From Promethearchaeota archaeon (GTDB lineage: Archaea; Asgardarchaeota; Thorarchaeia; Thorarchaeales; Thorarchaeaceae): a stretch of DNA of 30,874 nucleotides. The DNA is taken from the NCBI GenBank assembly GCA_027031765.1, contig JALVPN010000151.1, positions 1 through 30,874 of the forward strand, given 5' to 3'. Shown piece by piece: positions 17,992-26,521 of the stretch. The stretch's first letter is position 1; each line of letters opens with the position of its first letter. A model generated the notes under the pieces. It ran no database searches. It had not been told where the DNA came from and worked only from the letters and a program-made list of their open reading frames with translations. The position numbers were made by a program, and so were the translations under genes.

Positions 17992-18313
17992 GGGCCCCTG
18001 TCCTCCTCAGTACGTCAACAATGCACTCATCGCTCACACGGTAGTGGGTCCGCTTTCCTCTGCGCTCACGCTCCACAAAGCCCAGGGCCTCCAGCATCGA
18101 GAGGTGGTGGCTAACATTGCTCACTGTAAGGCCCAGCTCTCTGCTGATATCGGACACGCACAGTCCTGGCCGCCCAATGAGGAGGAGCAGGATCCGCACA
18201 CGGCTCTCATCAGCGAGGAGCTTGAATATCCGTACCATGTCACGTAGCTCCCCGCGTGAGGGGAGCACTTCAGATACGACCGGCACTATCTTGTCACCGC
18301 CAACATATTCCAT
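17975..18313 (-). CDS. ArsR/SmtB-family transcriptional regulator
   Basis: FKLLADESRVRILLLL, LCVSDI, SNVSHHL..L and RRGKRTHY. It overlaps the ATPase start by 17 nt. Confidence 0.93.
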   Translation of the reverse strand: MEYVGGDKIVPVVSEVLPSRGELRDMVRIFKLLADESRVRILLLLIGRPGLCVSDISRELGLTVSNVSHHLSMLEALGFVERERRGKRTHYRVSDECIVDVLRRTGAHVRGR

Positions 18314-18317
18314 CCAC

Positions 18318-18345
18318 TGAATAGCTGTTCAAGTGTTCATATATA
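18318..18345 (-). promoter_or_regulatory. TATA box and SmtB/ArsR-type operator of the arsR-P1B operon
   Basis: Minus strand reads TATATA-TGAACA-CT-TGAACA-GC-TATTCA-GTGG-ATG. The 6-2-6 core resembles the cyanobacterial smt operator. Confidence 0.75.
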
Positions 18346-18494
18346 GCCTTTGGTGTGTGGCCGGCTGTCCGCACGGCAGCTCACGCCTTACAGGTAGAGC
18401 TCAACAACAATTATCAGGCGTCACACGGAGCTGTACAACACATGACTACACCATATCACACCCCCAGCGCCCCACGGTTTGGGAGAGGACACAG

Positions 18495-20246
18495 TTGGAG
18501 TCACGAGTAGGTGATGACAAGTACCGCAGCACCCTTGAGATGGCCAACGACGGTATAGTGGTGGTACGCGAGGGCAGAATTGTACTCGCGAACAGGGCTT
18601 TCAGGGAGATGCTCGGCCTAGACAAGATGGATGTGACGGGTGCAACATTGGAGGACGTACTGGGCCCACTGACAAAGCACCTGCGGGGTGACCACGAGAG
18701 ACTTACGGACTGGGGGGCTGCCGGCAGCTCAACGTTCACACTAGAAATCGGACGCACCTCTTCTCAGAGGCGCGTGGTGGAGGTCACAACGGGGCCGCTG
18801 GTCTACGACGGCACGCCAGCCGTGGTGGCAGTGGTGCATGACATAACCGAACGGGTAAGGCTTGAGGCGGCCATGAAAGAATCGGAGCTCAAGTACAAGA
18901 CCCTGTTCAACTCCTCGCCCATCGCATACTTCACACTCACGCCCTCCGGCACCATAAAGCAGGCCAATGAGGCAGCGTACGAGCTGCTCAAGTACGAAGA
19001 GGGGGAGCTGCTACGGAGGAACATAAGGACGTTCATCGTGCGTCCAAAGGAAGGCCCTGATGTGATACAACAGGTACTGGACGAGGTCATGCAGGGCAAG
19101 ATGGTGACAGACATTGAAGTGGAGGTACGTCGGTCGGATGGGGAGAAACGCTGGGTCAGCGTGACAGCGAGGGTCCTGCCCACTGCTGGTCAGACACGCG
19201 AGATTGCCTTCATGGCCAGCGACATCCACAGGCGAAAGGTGGCAGAACGGCGCGAGCGTGAGGAACGTGCGCGGGCCGACCTGTACCTTGAAGTCATGAC
19301 CCACGACCTGAACAACGTGAACCAGAGCCTCATGCTGTCACTGGAGCTGCTCGAACAGACCGTTGAGCTCCCAGAGCGCGCACAAGAGATGCTCAGACAG
19401 ACGACGTGGAGTATCCGTAGGTCCGCACGCATGATTGCCAACATGCGGGCCCTCATGACGCTGCGCGACAGCCCACCGCCAAAGGAGCCTTTCGACCTTG
19501 CGCACGCCCTGCAGATTGCCCTCGACGCTGTGGAGAACGACTACCCGTGGAAGTCCCTGCGTCTGAACACAAACATTGCCGAGGGGCGGTTCATTGCCAG
19601 GGCCCACAAGTACCTTGTGAACGTGTTCCTCGAAATCCTGCACAACTCGATGCTGTTCACAGATGAGGACGAGGCTTGTGTGGATATCACAGCATCACTG
19701 GACGAGAGCACCGACAGGATCAGGGTCGAGATTGTGGACCGGGGGCCGGGTGTACCGGACGGACTCAAAGAGGCCATATTCAGGCGCACAGGCGAGCCGT
19801 CACACCAGGATGTGGGGAGGGGGCTGGGACTGACGGTTGTCGACAACATAGTGAGAGACCTTGAGGGCCGGATCTGGGTTGAGGACAGGGTGCCCGGAGA
19901 CCATACGCAGGGCGCCAGGTTCGTCTTCGAAGTGCCCGTGTGGCGCCCGCAGCGAGAGCTCCCCTGCGGGTGTGACAACTGCATCAAGTTCTACACGTCT
20001 GAACGCTGTCTGTTCTGCAGGCCAACAAAGGACATCGTGCTCGCGGTCATGGAGGAGATGGGAGTCCCCCGGAGGCTCATCACTTTCGTGGATGTCGACG
20101 ACCCCAGCACCGGGGTGGACCCGGACGAGCTGCCCATGCTGCCTACCGTCAAGATCTGCGACACGGAGCTCACCGGCCTCGTTAGTGACGACCAAGTGCG
20201 CACCGCGCTCACAGCACTTGTGCTGAAGCCATGCTGCCCACTCTGA
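18495..20246 (+). CDS. PAS-PAS histidine kinase with C-terminal Cys-rich thioredoxin-fold domain
   Basis: Two PAS segments; H-box LEVMTHDLNN, N-box LEILHNS, G1 DRGPGVPD, F IFRR, G2 GRGLGL; then about 95 aa with FYTSERCLFC, FVDVD and LPTVKI. TTG start at 18495 follows GGGAGAGGA. Confidence 0.88.
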   Translation: MESRVGDDKYRSTLEMANDGIVVVREGRIVLANRAFREMLGLDKMDVTGATLEDVLGPLTKHLRGDHERLTDWGAAGSSTFTLEIGRTSSQRRVVEVTTGPLVYDGTPAVVAVVHDITERVRLEAAMKESELKYKTLFNSSPIAYFTLTPSGTIKQANEAAYELLKYEEGELLRRNIRTFIVRPKEGPDVIQQVLDEVMQGKMVTDIEVEVRRSDGEKRWVSVTARVLPTAGQTREIAFMASDIHRRKVAERREREERARADLYLEVMTHDLNNVNQSLMLSLELLEQTVELPERAQEMLRQTTWSIRRSARMIANMRALMTLRDSPPPKEPFDLAHALQIALDAVENDYPWKSLRLNTNIAEGRFIARAHKYLVNVFLEILHNSMLFTDEDEACVDITASLDESTDRIRVEIVDRGPGVPDGLKEAIFRRTGEPSHQDVGRGLGLTVVDNIVRDLEGRIWVEDRVPGDHTQGARFVFEVPVWRPQRELPCGCDNCIKFYTSERCLFCRPTKDIVLAVMEEMGVPRRLITFVDVDDPSTGVDPDELPMLPTVKICDTELTGLVSDDQVRTALTALVLKPCCPL

Positions 20247-20578
20247 AACACCCACGGTACTGATATCCTGTGGCCCCGGACACGGACGGGATGACGGCAT
20301 CCACCATGTTGGTACCACAGGTCCAGCACTGCGGGCCACAAGAGCAGACGGTGAGGAGGCCCGTGCAGACACCTGCAGCAGCGTGTCAGAGTGAGCCCTG
20401 CCACACAGCACCCATGATACTGTTCCGAGGACGATGCGGACAGCCAACATGCGGGGGCCCACGGAGCCGGAAGAATAGCAGGCACCTCCTGCGTTCCTGT
20501 CCTAGGACATCCGGAGGGTCTACCACCGGACCACCTGCTGACGGCCCCGTCTGCGGGCCTAGTTGTCAGGCGTGGCTA

Positions 20579-23242
20579 CTACCAGTAAGACTCCTCAATG
20601 CGGGACACAGCCCACATGACAACGACAAGGCCAAGGAATGCCACACCGAGCAGCGCCAGACGTGGGATGTCCGCCTCGGAGAGCAGGGGGAGACCGGTGC
20701 GCACGGTGGTAGAGGTAGTGGGCGTAGTTGTTGTGGTGGTGGGTACTGGCAGCGACACGATGCCCAGCTTCCAAGACACGAACGCAATCTCGTTTCTCCA
20801 CAGCTCATAGGCGTCGCGACCGGTGGAGCCATCAGAGTCGGCATTGAACTCGACCAGGAGCATGCCATTTGCAATGGCACGGCCGGACCTGTGGACGACT
20901 ATCAGGGCCCTGTCGGCCGCCACGGCACCCGTGGACCCTGCAATGGCTCTACTATCCGTTGTGGGCGCGAGCATTGCGCCGTGACCAGGGACAGGACGGG
21001 CTGTGGGGATCATTGCGGAGCCGTTAAAGTCATGCGGGTACCTGAGCACGGGGTCGTCCGAGAGCCAGGGGTAGACCGTGGGCGCGCTGCTAAAGTCGGC
21101 AACATAGGTGAAGCCCATCGCTGACCACAGGGACTGAGCTGCAGTGTTCGAGTACGCGTATGTGGACACTATGAGTCCGTGTCCGGCCTTGAGGTGGCTG
21201 ACCAGTGCGCTCACGGTTGCGGTGGTGAAGATGTCACCCTCCTCGGGGTTGTCGATGATGATGAGGGACCAGTTCCGAGAGGTCAGCATCAGTCGGAAGT
21301 ACAGCCCAGTGGTCGTGAGCAGGTAGGGCAGACCGATGTCATTGAGAGCATGGGCGACTGGACCCCTGAACGGGTTGTCGTTCATGTCCTCTGCAGTGTT
21401 CAGACTGTCTGCGAGCACGAGCACCTGTGCACTGTCGGCAGTCAACCAGTTCATGGTATTGAGTACGAACCGCAGGTTCTGCCGTTGACCGATGTGCGTA
21501 CGGGCCACCCAGTCTGGGCCACCGGACATGACCAGACGGCCAGAATGGAACGTACTGCATGCCACAACGGGCATCCCCTGGTAGTTCCACAGACTCACAG
21601 CCCCCGGTTGGAGGGAAAGGTACGCGTGGGGCCCAATGCTGAGTTCTGAACACTCATCCAGGGCCACGTGTGCGCCAGACGTACCGAGCACCCTGGACTC
21701 GTTATCACCACCGGACGTTCCCACACTGATGCCCATCGACGACGTGATAGCGCTGAGCCGGCTATCAGCAGACATGACGGCCGGGTCCGACACATTGTAG
21801 CCACCGATGACGAACAGGGCGCCACCTGCTCCGACCCAGTCCACAATGGCCTCGACCTCCGGGGTCGTGAACTCGCTCTCTGGGAGGACCAGGAAGAGCA
21901 CATCGTAGCCGCCCAGAGTACTGGCAGTTATCGCGTCTCCGACAGTGGGTGCATATAGCTTGTCAATTGTGAACGCATTCTGTACCAGTGCATTGCGGAA
22001 GTCGCTGTAGTCGCCGGGGTGTCGACACATGGTGTCCCATGGGTCAACTCCATACATGGGGTTGTGCGCCAGGTCGAAGAGAGCACGGGCCTTCGCACGC
22101 GGAGAGAGCCAGTCCACTGCATTCAACAGGAGACGCGCAATATCAGTGCTCACCGATGAGACCGGGGTACCAATGTGGACGGCCCTGCCACCACGGACAA
22201 CGTCCCGCCGTGCGAGCAGTGAGACGTGGTCGGTCATGCCTGCGGCGTAGGCGAGTGGCGTCACAAGGTCGGCCTCTGTTGTCGATGAGAAGCCCGGCCA
22301 CTTGACGACGGCCCAGCCTGAAGACGACACCGCCACGGAGTCCCCAATCTGCCAGTTGCGTGTCACGGGATGCCTAGCAGCGACTTCATGTCTGTCCATG
22401 ACATAGTAGGTCCACATGGAGCCGTAACCGTCCGTGCCGGCATGCCCAGGTGCGAGTATCCCTGAATAGAAGAGATAGGACATGCCGCTGTTGATCGATA
22501 GGACGCCACCACCGCCCAGCCAGAAGTCGAGGACGTACTGTGTGATGGACTCGCGCGGCACCTGGTCCGGGAGGACGAGCACATCAAAGTCACGTGTGGT
22601 CAACCGGTGCTCAAGGATGTCCTGCGTGCTGACCGTGGAGACCACCGTGTTGTTGCTCGTCAGAGCCGCGACCACTGCACTCGGGTCACCGTTCAGGGTA
22701 CCCGCGGTCATGTAGTCTGGACGGGTCGTGTTCGGCTCGGCATACACGGCGACCCGTACTGTCTGCATGGCCCCCACTGTCTCGGAAAAAGCCGCACTTT
22801 CGAATGTGAACGTGACGGTCAGCGTGAAGGAGCCGCTGCCTGAGTAGGCATAGACCATGAAGTACCAGCGTCCAGCTCTCACAGATGACGTAGAGTAGGA
22901 CTCGTCCGGGGAACTGCTCCCCCGACGCCAGTCGTAGGTGCTGGTAGTGGGAGGACTGCCAGTACGCCCATAGAGGTCAAAGTCCTGGCCATCGGGGCCG
23001 TCAAGGATGGCAGTCAGCGAAGTTGCAAAGGCCGGCACGTCGAGGTAGAAGGTCTCCGACTCGCCCGTGCCCGACAGGTACCCTGAATGCGGCTGACCAT
23101 TGCTGAGCGGTGTCTGGGCCGGACTTAGTGGGGTGCCGTGGTACGGCGTCCGGGCACTGACGGGTGCCAGACAGGGCACTGCTAGGGGGAAGACCATTAC
23201 GATGGAGATGAGTAGAATGGCCACGTATCTCTGCTCATACAT
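20579..23242 (-). CDS. Large cell-surface protein: signal/TM, PPC domain, GATase1/GIFT-like domains, Thr-rich linker, C-terminal TM anchor
   Basis: N-terminal hydrophobic leader; PPC-like DFDLYGRTGSPPTTSTYD..RWYFMVYAYSGSG; GIFT/DUF4350-like LFDLAH...YSDFRNAL...YDVLFL...EVEAIVDWVGAGGALFVIG; PTTTTTTPTTSTT linker; LALLGVAFLGLVVVMWAV anchor. Confidence 0.75.
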   Translation of the reverse strand: MYEQRYVAILLISIVMVFPLAVPCLAPVSARTPYHGTPLSPAQTPLSNGQPHSGYLSGTGESETFYLDVPAFATSLTAILDGPDGQDFDLYGRTGSPPTTSTYDWRRGSSSPDESYSTSSVRAGRWYFMVYAYSGSGSFTLTVTFTFESAAFSETVGAMQTVRVAVYAEPNTTRPDYMTAGTLNGDPSAVVAALTSNNTVVSTVSTQDILEHRLTTRDFDVLVLPDQVPRESITQYVLDFWLGGGGVLSINSGMSYLFYSGILAPGHAGTDGYGSMWTYYVMDRHEVAARHPVTRNWQIGDSVAVSSSGWAVVKWPGFSSTTEADLVTPLAYAAGMTDHVSLLARRDVVRGGRAVHIGTPVSSVSTDIARLLLNAVDWLSPRAKARALFDLAHNPMYGVDPWDTMCRHPGDYSDFRNALVQNAFTIDKLYAPTVGDAITASTLGGYDVLFLVLPESEFTTPEVEAIVDWVGAGGALFVIGGYNVSDPAVMSADSRLSAITSSMGISVGTSGGDNESRVLGTSGAHVALDECSELSIGPHAYLSLQPGAVSLWNYQGMPVVACSTFHSGRLVMSGGPDWVARTHIGQRQNLRFVLNTMNWLTADSAQVLVLADSLNTAEDMNDNPFRGPVAHALNDIGLPYLLTTTGLYFRLMLTSRNWSLIIIDNPEEGDIFTTATVSALVSHLKAGHGLIVSTYAYSNTAAQSLWSAMGFTYVADFSSAPTVYPWLSDDPVLRYPHDFNGSAMIPTARPVPGHGAMLAPTTDSRAIAGSTGAVAADRALIVVHRSGRAIANGMLLVEFNADSDGSTGRDAYELWRNEIAFVSWKLGIVSLPVPTTTTTTPTTSTTVRTGLPLLSEADIPRLALLGVAFLGLVVVMWAVSRIEESYW

Positions 23243-23388
23243 TCTTCATCAATCCTCTGGGGGGCTCATATGGGGCTATTGACGGTTATAGAGGACAACA
23301 CTCGCAATACTGTCGGCCACAGAGATATTTTAGGCTTCGCAGTCTACACACGTGAAATGCGTCACACATGGTAGACACGCACAACAGG

Positions 23389-23424
23389 TTAATAAATGAT
23401 AATGCGGGGGATGTGTGCGAGGTG
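23389..23424 (+). promoter_or_regulatory. TATA box and Shine-Dalgarno of the YbjN-like gene
   Basis: TTAATAAA at 23389-23396 and GAGGTG at 23419-23424, 7 nt before an in-frame CTG. Confidence 0.55.
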
Positions 23425-23431
23425 CATCAAA

Positions 23432-23824
23432 CTGGCCATACTGGATCATATTGAGAACCTTCTGCAGCAGATTGACATCAAGTACACGCGCGAGGAAAGC
23501 TCAATCCTGATGCGTTGGCAGACCGACCACTTCGAAGACCTCAAAGTCCGCATCATCCCCAATGATGACGAGTCGTGGCTCTATATCTACGCGCCATTTA
23601 CAAGCATCAATGAGATTCCGGAGCCAAAGAAGACAAAGTTCCTCTACGATATGCTTAAGGAGTCCTGGAAAGCAAACGGCGTCAAGTTCGCAGTCGACCA
23701 GGACGACGATATCGCGATCATCGCTGAAACGAATGACACTGACATCACTGCTGAAGAGATCCGCACTCTGATCGGGCACGTTGTCCATGCATGCGATGTC
23801 CTCTGGGAGATATACCCAGAGTAG
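23432..23824 (+). CDS. YbjN / type III chaperone-like small acidic protein
   Basis: Helix-strand pattern AILDHIENLLQQIDIKY...LKVRII...WLYIYAPF...FLYDMLKESWKANGVKFAVDQDDDIAI...IRTLIGHVV. The ORF track starts at 23396; a CTG start at 23432 is inferred. Confidence 0.7.
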   Translation: MAILDHIENLLQQIDIKYTREESSILMRWQTDHFEDLKVRIIPNDDESWLYIYAPFTSINEIPEPKKTKFLYDMLKESWKANGVKFAVDQDDDIAIIAETNDTDITAEEIRTLIGHVVHACDVLWEIYPE

Positions 23825-23871
23825 CTGTCACAGGTGCTTGATAGAGGAGAAAAACAGTAGAGACCACTGCG

Positions 23872-23904
23872 CCGGCCCGGCTCTGGGCCGGATCCCTTAT
23901 TTTT
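23872..23904 (+). terminator. Putative terminator-like hairpin with T-rich tail
   Basis: CCGGCCC-GGCTCT-GGGCCGG stem-loop followed by ATCCCTTATTTTT, downstream of the YbjN-like gene. Confidence 0.45.
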
Positions 23905-24086
23905 CGAGAGACCAATACCTGCACTGGGCACCACCGGACATGTCCACCTACCGGACTCGGACAGGGCACGTGACGGGCAGCACAGGGGCGCCACATGTCC
24001 CGTACTGGAGGCCACTACATGGTATGGGCATCCGAGACCTCTGCCACCAGACATCTTGATAAGGCGGGCGCGGGCACCACATCACC

Positions 24087-24644
24087 ATGAGTGCCGGTGA
24101 CGGAGAGACCAGCCCAGTGACGCCTGCACAGCGTGAGAAACTGGTCATGATACTCCACCCACGAAGAGTAGGGTACCTGTTCCACTACGTGGTGGGTGTG
24201 GCCCTGTTCGTGATCGGGCTACTGTTCAACATCATGAGTGCAGCGCATTTCCTGCCCTACCAGTTCATATCGTGGCTCATCGGGCTCGTCGGTATCGTGA
24301 CCGGTTGGCTCATCGTGGCATGGGCAGAGCTACACAGGCGCTCAAGCTGGTACATCATAACGACGTGGAATGTCCGGGTCAGGCGCGGCATCATCTGGAA
24401 GGAGAAGAAGAGGGTGTTCTATGATGACATCACGGACGTACGCACGACGAGTGACCCGGAAGAACGGATTGCCCAGATGGGAGATGTGGAGGTATACACT
24501 GCTCACGACGGGGACACACCAACAATAGTGTTCGAGGACGTGCGGTACCCCAATGGTGTGGCCGAAATAGTGCGGCGCTTTGTCCGGACAATGGGCGACC
24601 CTGTGCCATGGGCACACATCGACAAGTCGCAGGAACCGCTCTAG
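24087..24644 (+). CDS. Membrane protein with bacterial PH (bPH_2/YdbS-like) domain
   Basis: Two TM helices, then WYIITTWNVRVRRGII...VFYDDITDV...MGDVEVYTA...IVFEDV. Confidence 0.8.
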   Translation: MSAGDGETSPVTPAQREKLVMILHPRRVGYLFHYVVGVALFVIGLLFNIMSAAHFLPYQFISWLIGLVGIVTGWLIVAWAELHRRSSWYIITTWNVRVRRGIIWKEKKRVFYDDITDVRTTSDPEERIAQMGDVEVYTAHDGDTPTIVFEDVRYPNGVAEIVRRFVRTMGDPVPWAHIDKSQEPL

Positions 24645-24706
24645 AGGTCATATCCGCGTGACACTAGCTCTCTTCTGCATGGTCGTGCCACACTGTTGTG
24701 ATGCTC

Positions 24707-25456
24707 ATGTCAGGCGTAGAGGACATCGTGGCACGTCAGACGCTGAAGGTGGCAGGCGTCCTGCAAGAGATCCGTGACCTGTGGACGCGCAGGCTGAACG
24801 GCTACTTCGAGCAGGTCGAGGCGCTAGTACGCGGGGAGTGGTTCGACACCAGCGACATCGCCGGCCTCGTACGCGAGATGAAGATGGCGGCGCGTGAGGC
24901 CCTTGACGGCCTGAGCAACGACCTCAGTGCCGAGATAGTGCACGCGTCCAACGGCCTGCTGGCAAGGTCCGCCCGGGAGAGGGAGAGCATGCAGGAGGAG
25001 ATCAGAGACCTAAGGGAGGCATACATGCGTGCCGTCTCGGGCGACGAGAACACTGTGCGCAGGGAGAACGAGCGGCTGCGTACCGCCCTGTTTGGAGTAC
25101 CACAGTACGCCCTCCTCAGAGAACTCGAACGCATGGGCATGGCGTCGTACGCCGCCCTCTGCAAGGCGACCGGGATGAAGAGGTCTCGTGTGACAGCGGC
25201 CGTGAAGGCTCTCACAGCCCAGGGCTATGTGAGTGTGGACCGCAGGAAAAGACCTCACACCGTGGTCTTCCTAGGGGCGCCATGGGACACGCCAGAGGAC
25301 ATGCCCGTCAGCCACGTCCAAGGGACTCCCAGCCGGGCCCCACACACGCCCCAGCGGTACGGGACCCCCGCAGCCCAGCAGCAGCACCCGGATGAAGAGG
25401 GGGGGCAGGGGTCTGCACCGGCGCTCACTCGTCAGACGTCACGTCAAACATGCTGA
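24707..25456 (+). CDS. Helical/coiled-coil protein with C-terminal winged helix-turn-helix
   Basis: Heptad-rich RERESMQEEIRDLREAY..ENERLR, then QYALLRELERMG-ASYAALCKATGMKRSRVTAAVKALTAQGYVSV (wHTH), then a low-complexity tail. Start 24701 or 24707. Confidence 0.7.
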   Translation: MSGVEDIVARQTLKVAGVLQEIRDLWTRRLNGYFEQVEALVRGEWFDTSDIAGLVREMKMAAREALDGLSNDLSAEIVHASNGLLARSARERESMQEEIRDLREAYMRAVSGDENTVRRENERLRTALFGVPQYALLRELERMGMASYAALCKATGMKRSRVTAAVKALTAQGYVSVDRRKRPHTVVFLGAPWDTPEDMPVSHVQGTPSRAPHTPQRYGTPAAQQQHPDEEGGQGSAPALTRQTSRQTC

Positions 25457-26321
25457 GCCTGATCCGTTTCATCCCAAGACGTGTAGCCAGCCAGTGGACT
25501 GCAGGGACGAAACGCGGCAGCAGCAGCTCGTGGAACAACACCACCGGCATGACGAATGCCATCACGAGGACGGGGAGGCCGACCGTCGCGAATACGCTCT
25601 GGAACACGGACATGGCGGTAATCGGAATCCCGCGTATGACAAAGGCCTGGTAGAAGTACCGGTTGGCCATCGTAATAGGGAAGGCCAGCAGTGCGAAGCC
25701 TGAGATGAAACTGTTGAACCACTTGCCCACACCCTCAAAGTCAGGGCACTGGCGCATCTCCAGCTCCTCACGACGCAGGTGGGACACGATGCCGGCATCG
25801 TTCAGGAGCCAGGTCGGCGCGAACAGCGGCAGCGCCACCGCCAGGCTCATCAGGGCTGCGAGCAGGGAGAGGAGCGGATAGATGATGTTGACCAGTCCCG
25901 GGTCGTGCACTGACGGCTCGTTGAACAGCCAGCCCGGTGCGAGACCGACAATGAGCTCGCCGAACGAGAGGCTGAAGAGTGCTGGCACCACCGACCTGCG
26001 GATGAGCCGGAAGGCACTGAACCCCTGTCCTATGTCCACTATGCTCTGGGTGTAGCGGCCGGCCCGCGCCACCCTGTTCACCAGCACCATCACCAGGGCA
26101 ATCGGGAACGTGAAGACGATGAGCTCCACCAAGTACACAGGGACGACCACCGTGAGCAGGTACATTGCATCAGAGGCGAGCCTCCCCCGCACAGGTGCTA
26201 TGAGGTCGTACCCTGGCATGAAGTGACCAACGATGCCAGACAGCCAGTCTACAACGACCACTGCACAGGCAATCCCGGCAATGGCAAACAGAGTCGGGAC
26301 TATGAGTCTTCGTCTGTCCAT
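25425..26321 (-). CDS. Uncharacterised polytopic membrane protein
   Basis: About 6 TM helices, with a PTWLLNDAGIV...EGVGKWF soluble loop. ATG 26321 follows GGTGTGGTGTG. The 3' end overlaps the convergent gene by 32 nt. Confidence 0.75.
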   Translation of the reverse strand: MDRRRLIVPTLFAIAGIACAVVVVDWLSGIVGHFMPGYDLIAPVRGRLASDAMYLLTVVVPVYLVELIVFTFPIALVMVLVNRVARAGRYTQSIVDIGQGFSAFRLIRRSVVPALFSLSFGELIVGLAPGWLFNEPSVHDPGLVNIIYPLLSLLAALMSLAVALPLFAPTWLLNDAGIVSHLRREELEMRQCPDFEGVGKWFNSFISGFALLAFPITMANRYFYQAFVIRGIPITAMSVFQSVFATVGLPVLVMAFVMPVVLFHELLLPRFVPAVHWLATRLGMKRIRLSMFDVTSDE

Positions 26322-26521
26322 ATCACACCACACCAGCTCCGTCATGCACCTCGCCATCTAAGCGTTTCTGGTCTGGGCTGACACTCCCGTACGGTGCTCC
26401 GTGGTCGCCGGATGTTCCCAGTCCCCATGCTCCCAGGACGACAACGTGGAACGTGCACATGCCACGGCCGCTGGCGTGGGCCCGGTACTGACCACAGGCG
26501 GCGGCCCAGCAGACCAAGCGC

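Noticed and set aside
20247-20578. Small gene or ncRNA in the 330-nt gap between convergent genes
   Set aside because: Only short GC-rich hairpins and Cys/Arg-rich shadow ORFs were seen, with no recognisable RNA family or credible start.
20700-20750. GTG/GTA/GTT triplet-rich stretch
   Set aside because: It encodes the Thr-rich stalk of the surface protein and is not an independent repeat element.
23243-23900. Visibly lower GC segment suggesting horizontal transfer
   Set aside because: It is explained by a promoter region and an Asp/Glu/Ile/Lys-rich small protein. No integrase, tRNA or flanking direct repeats are present.
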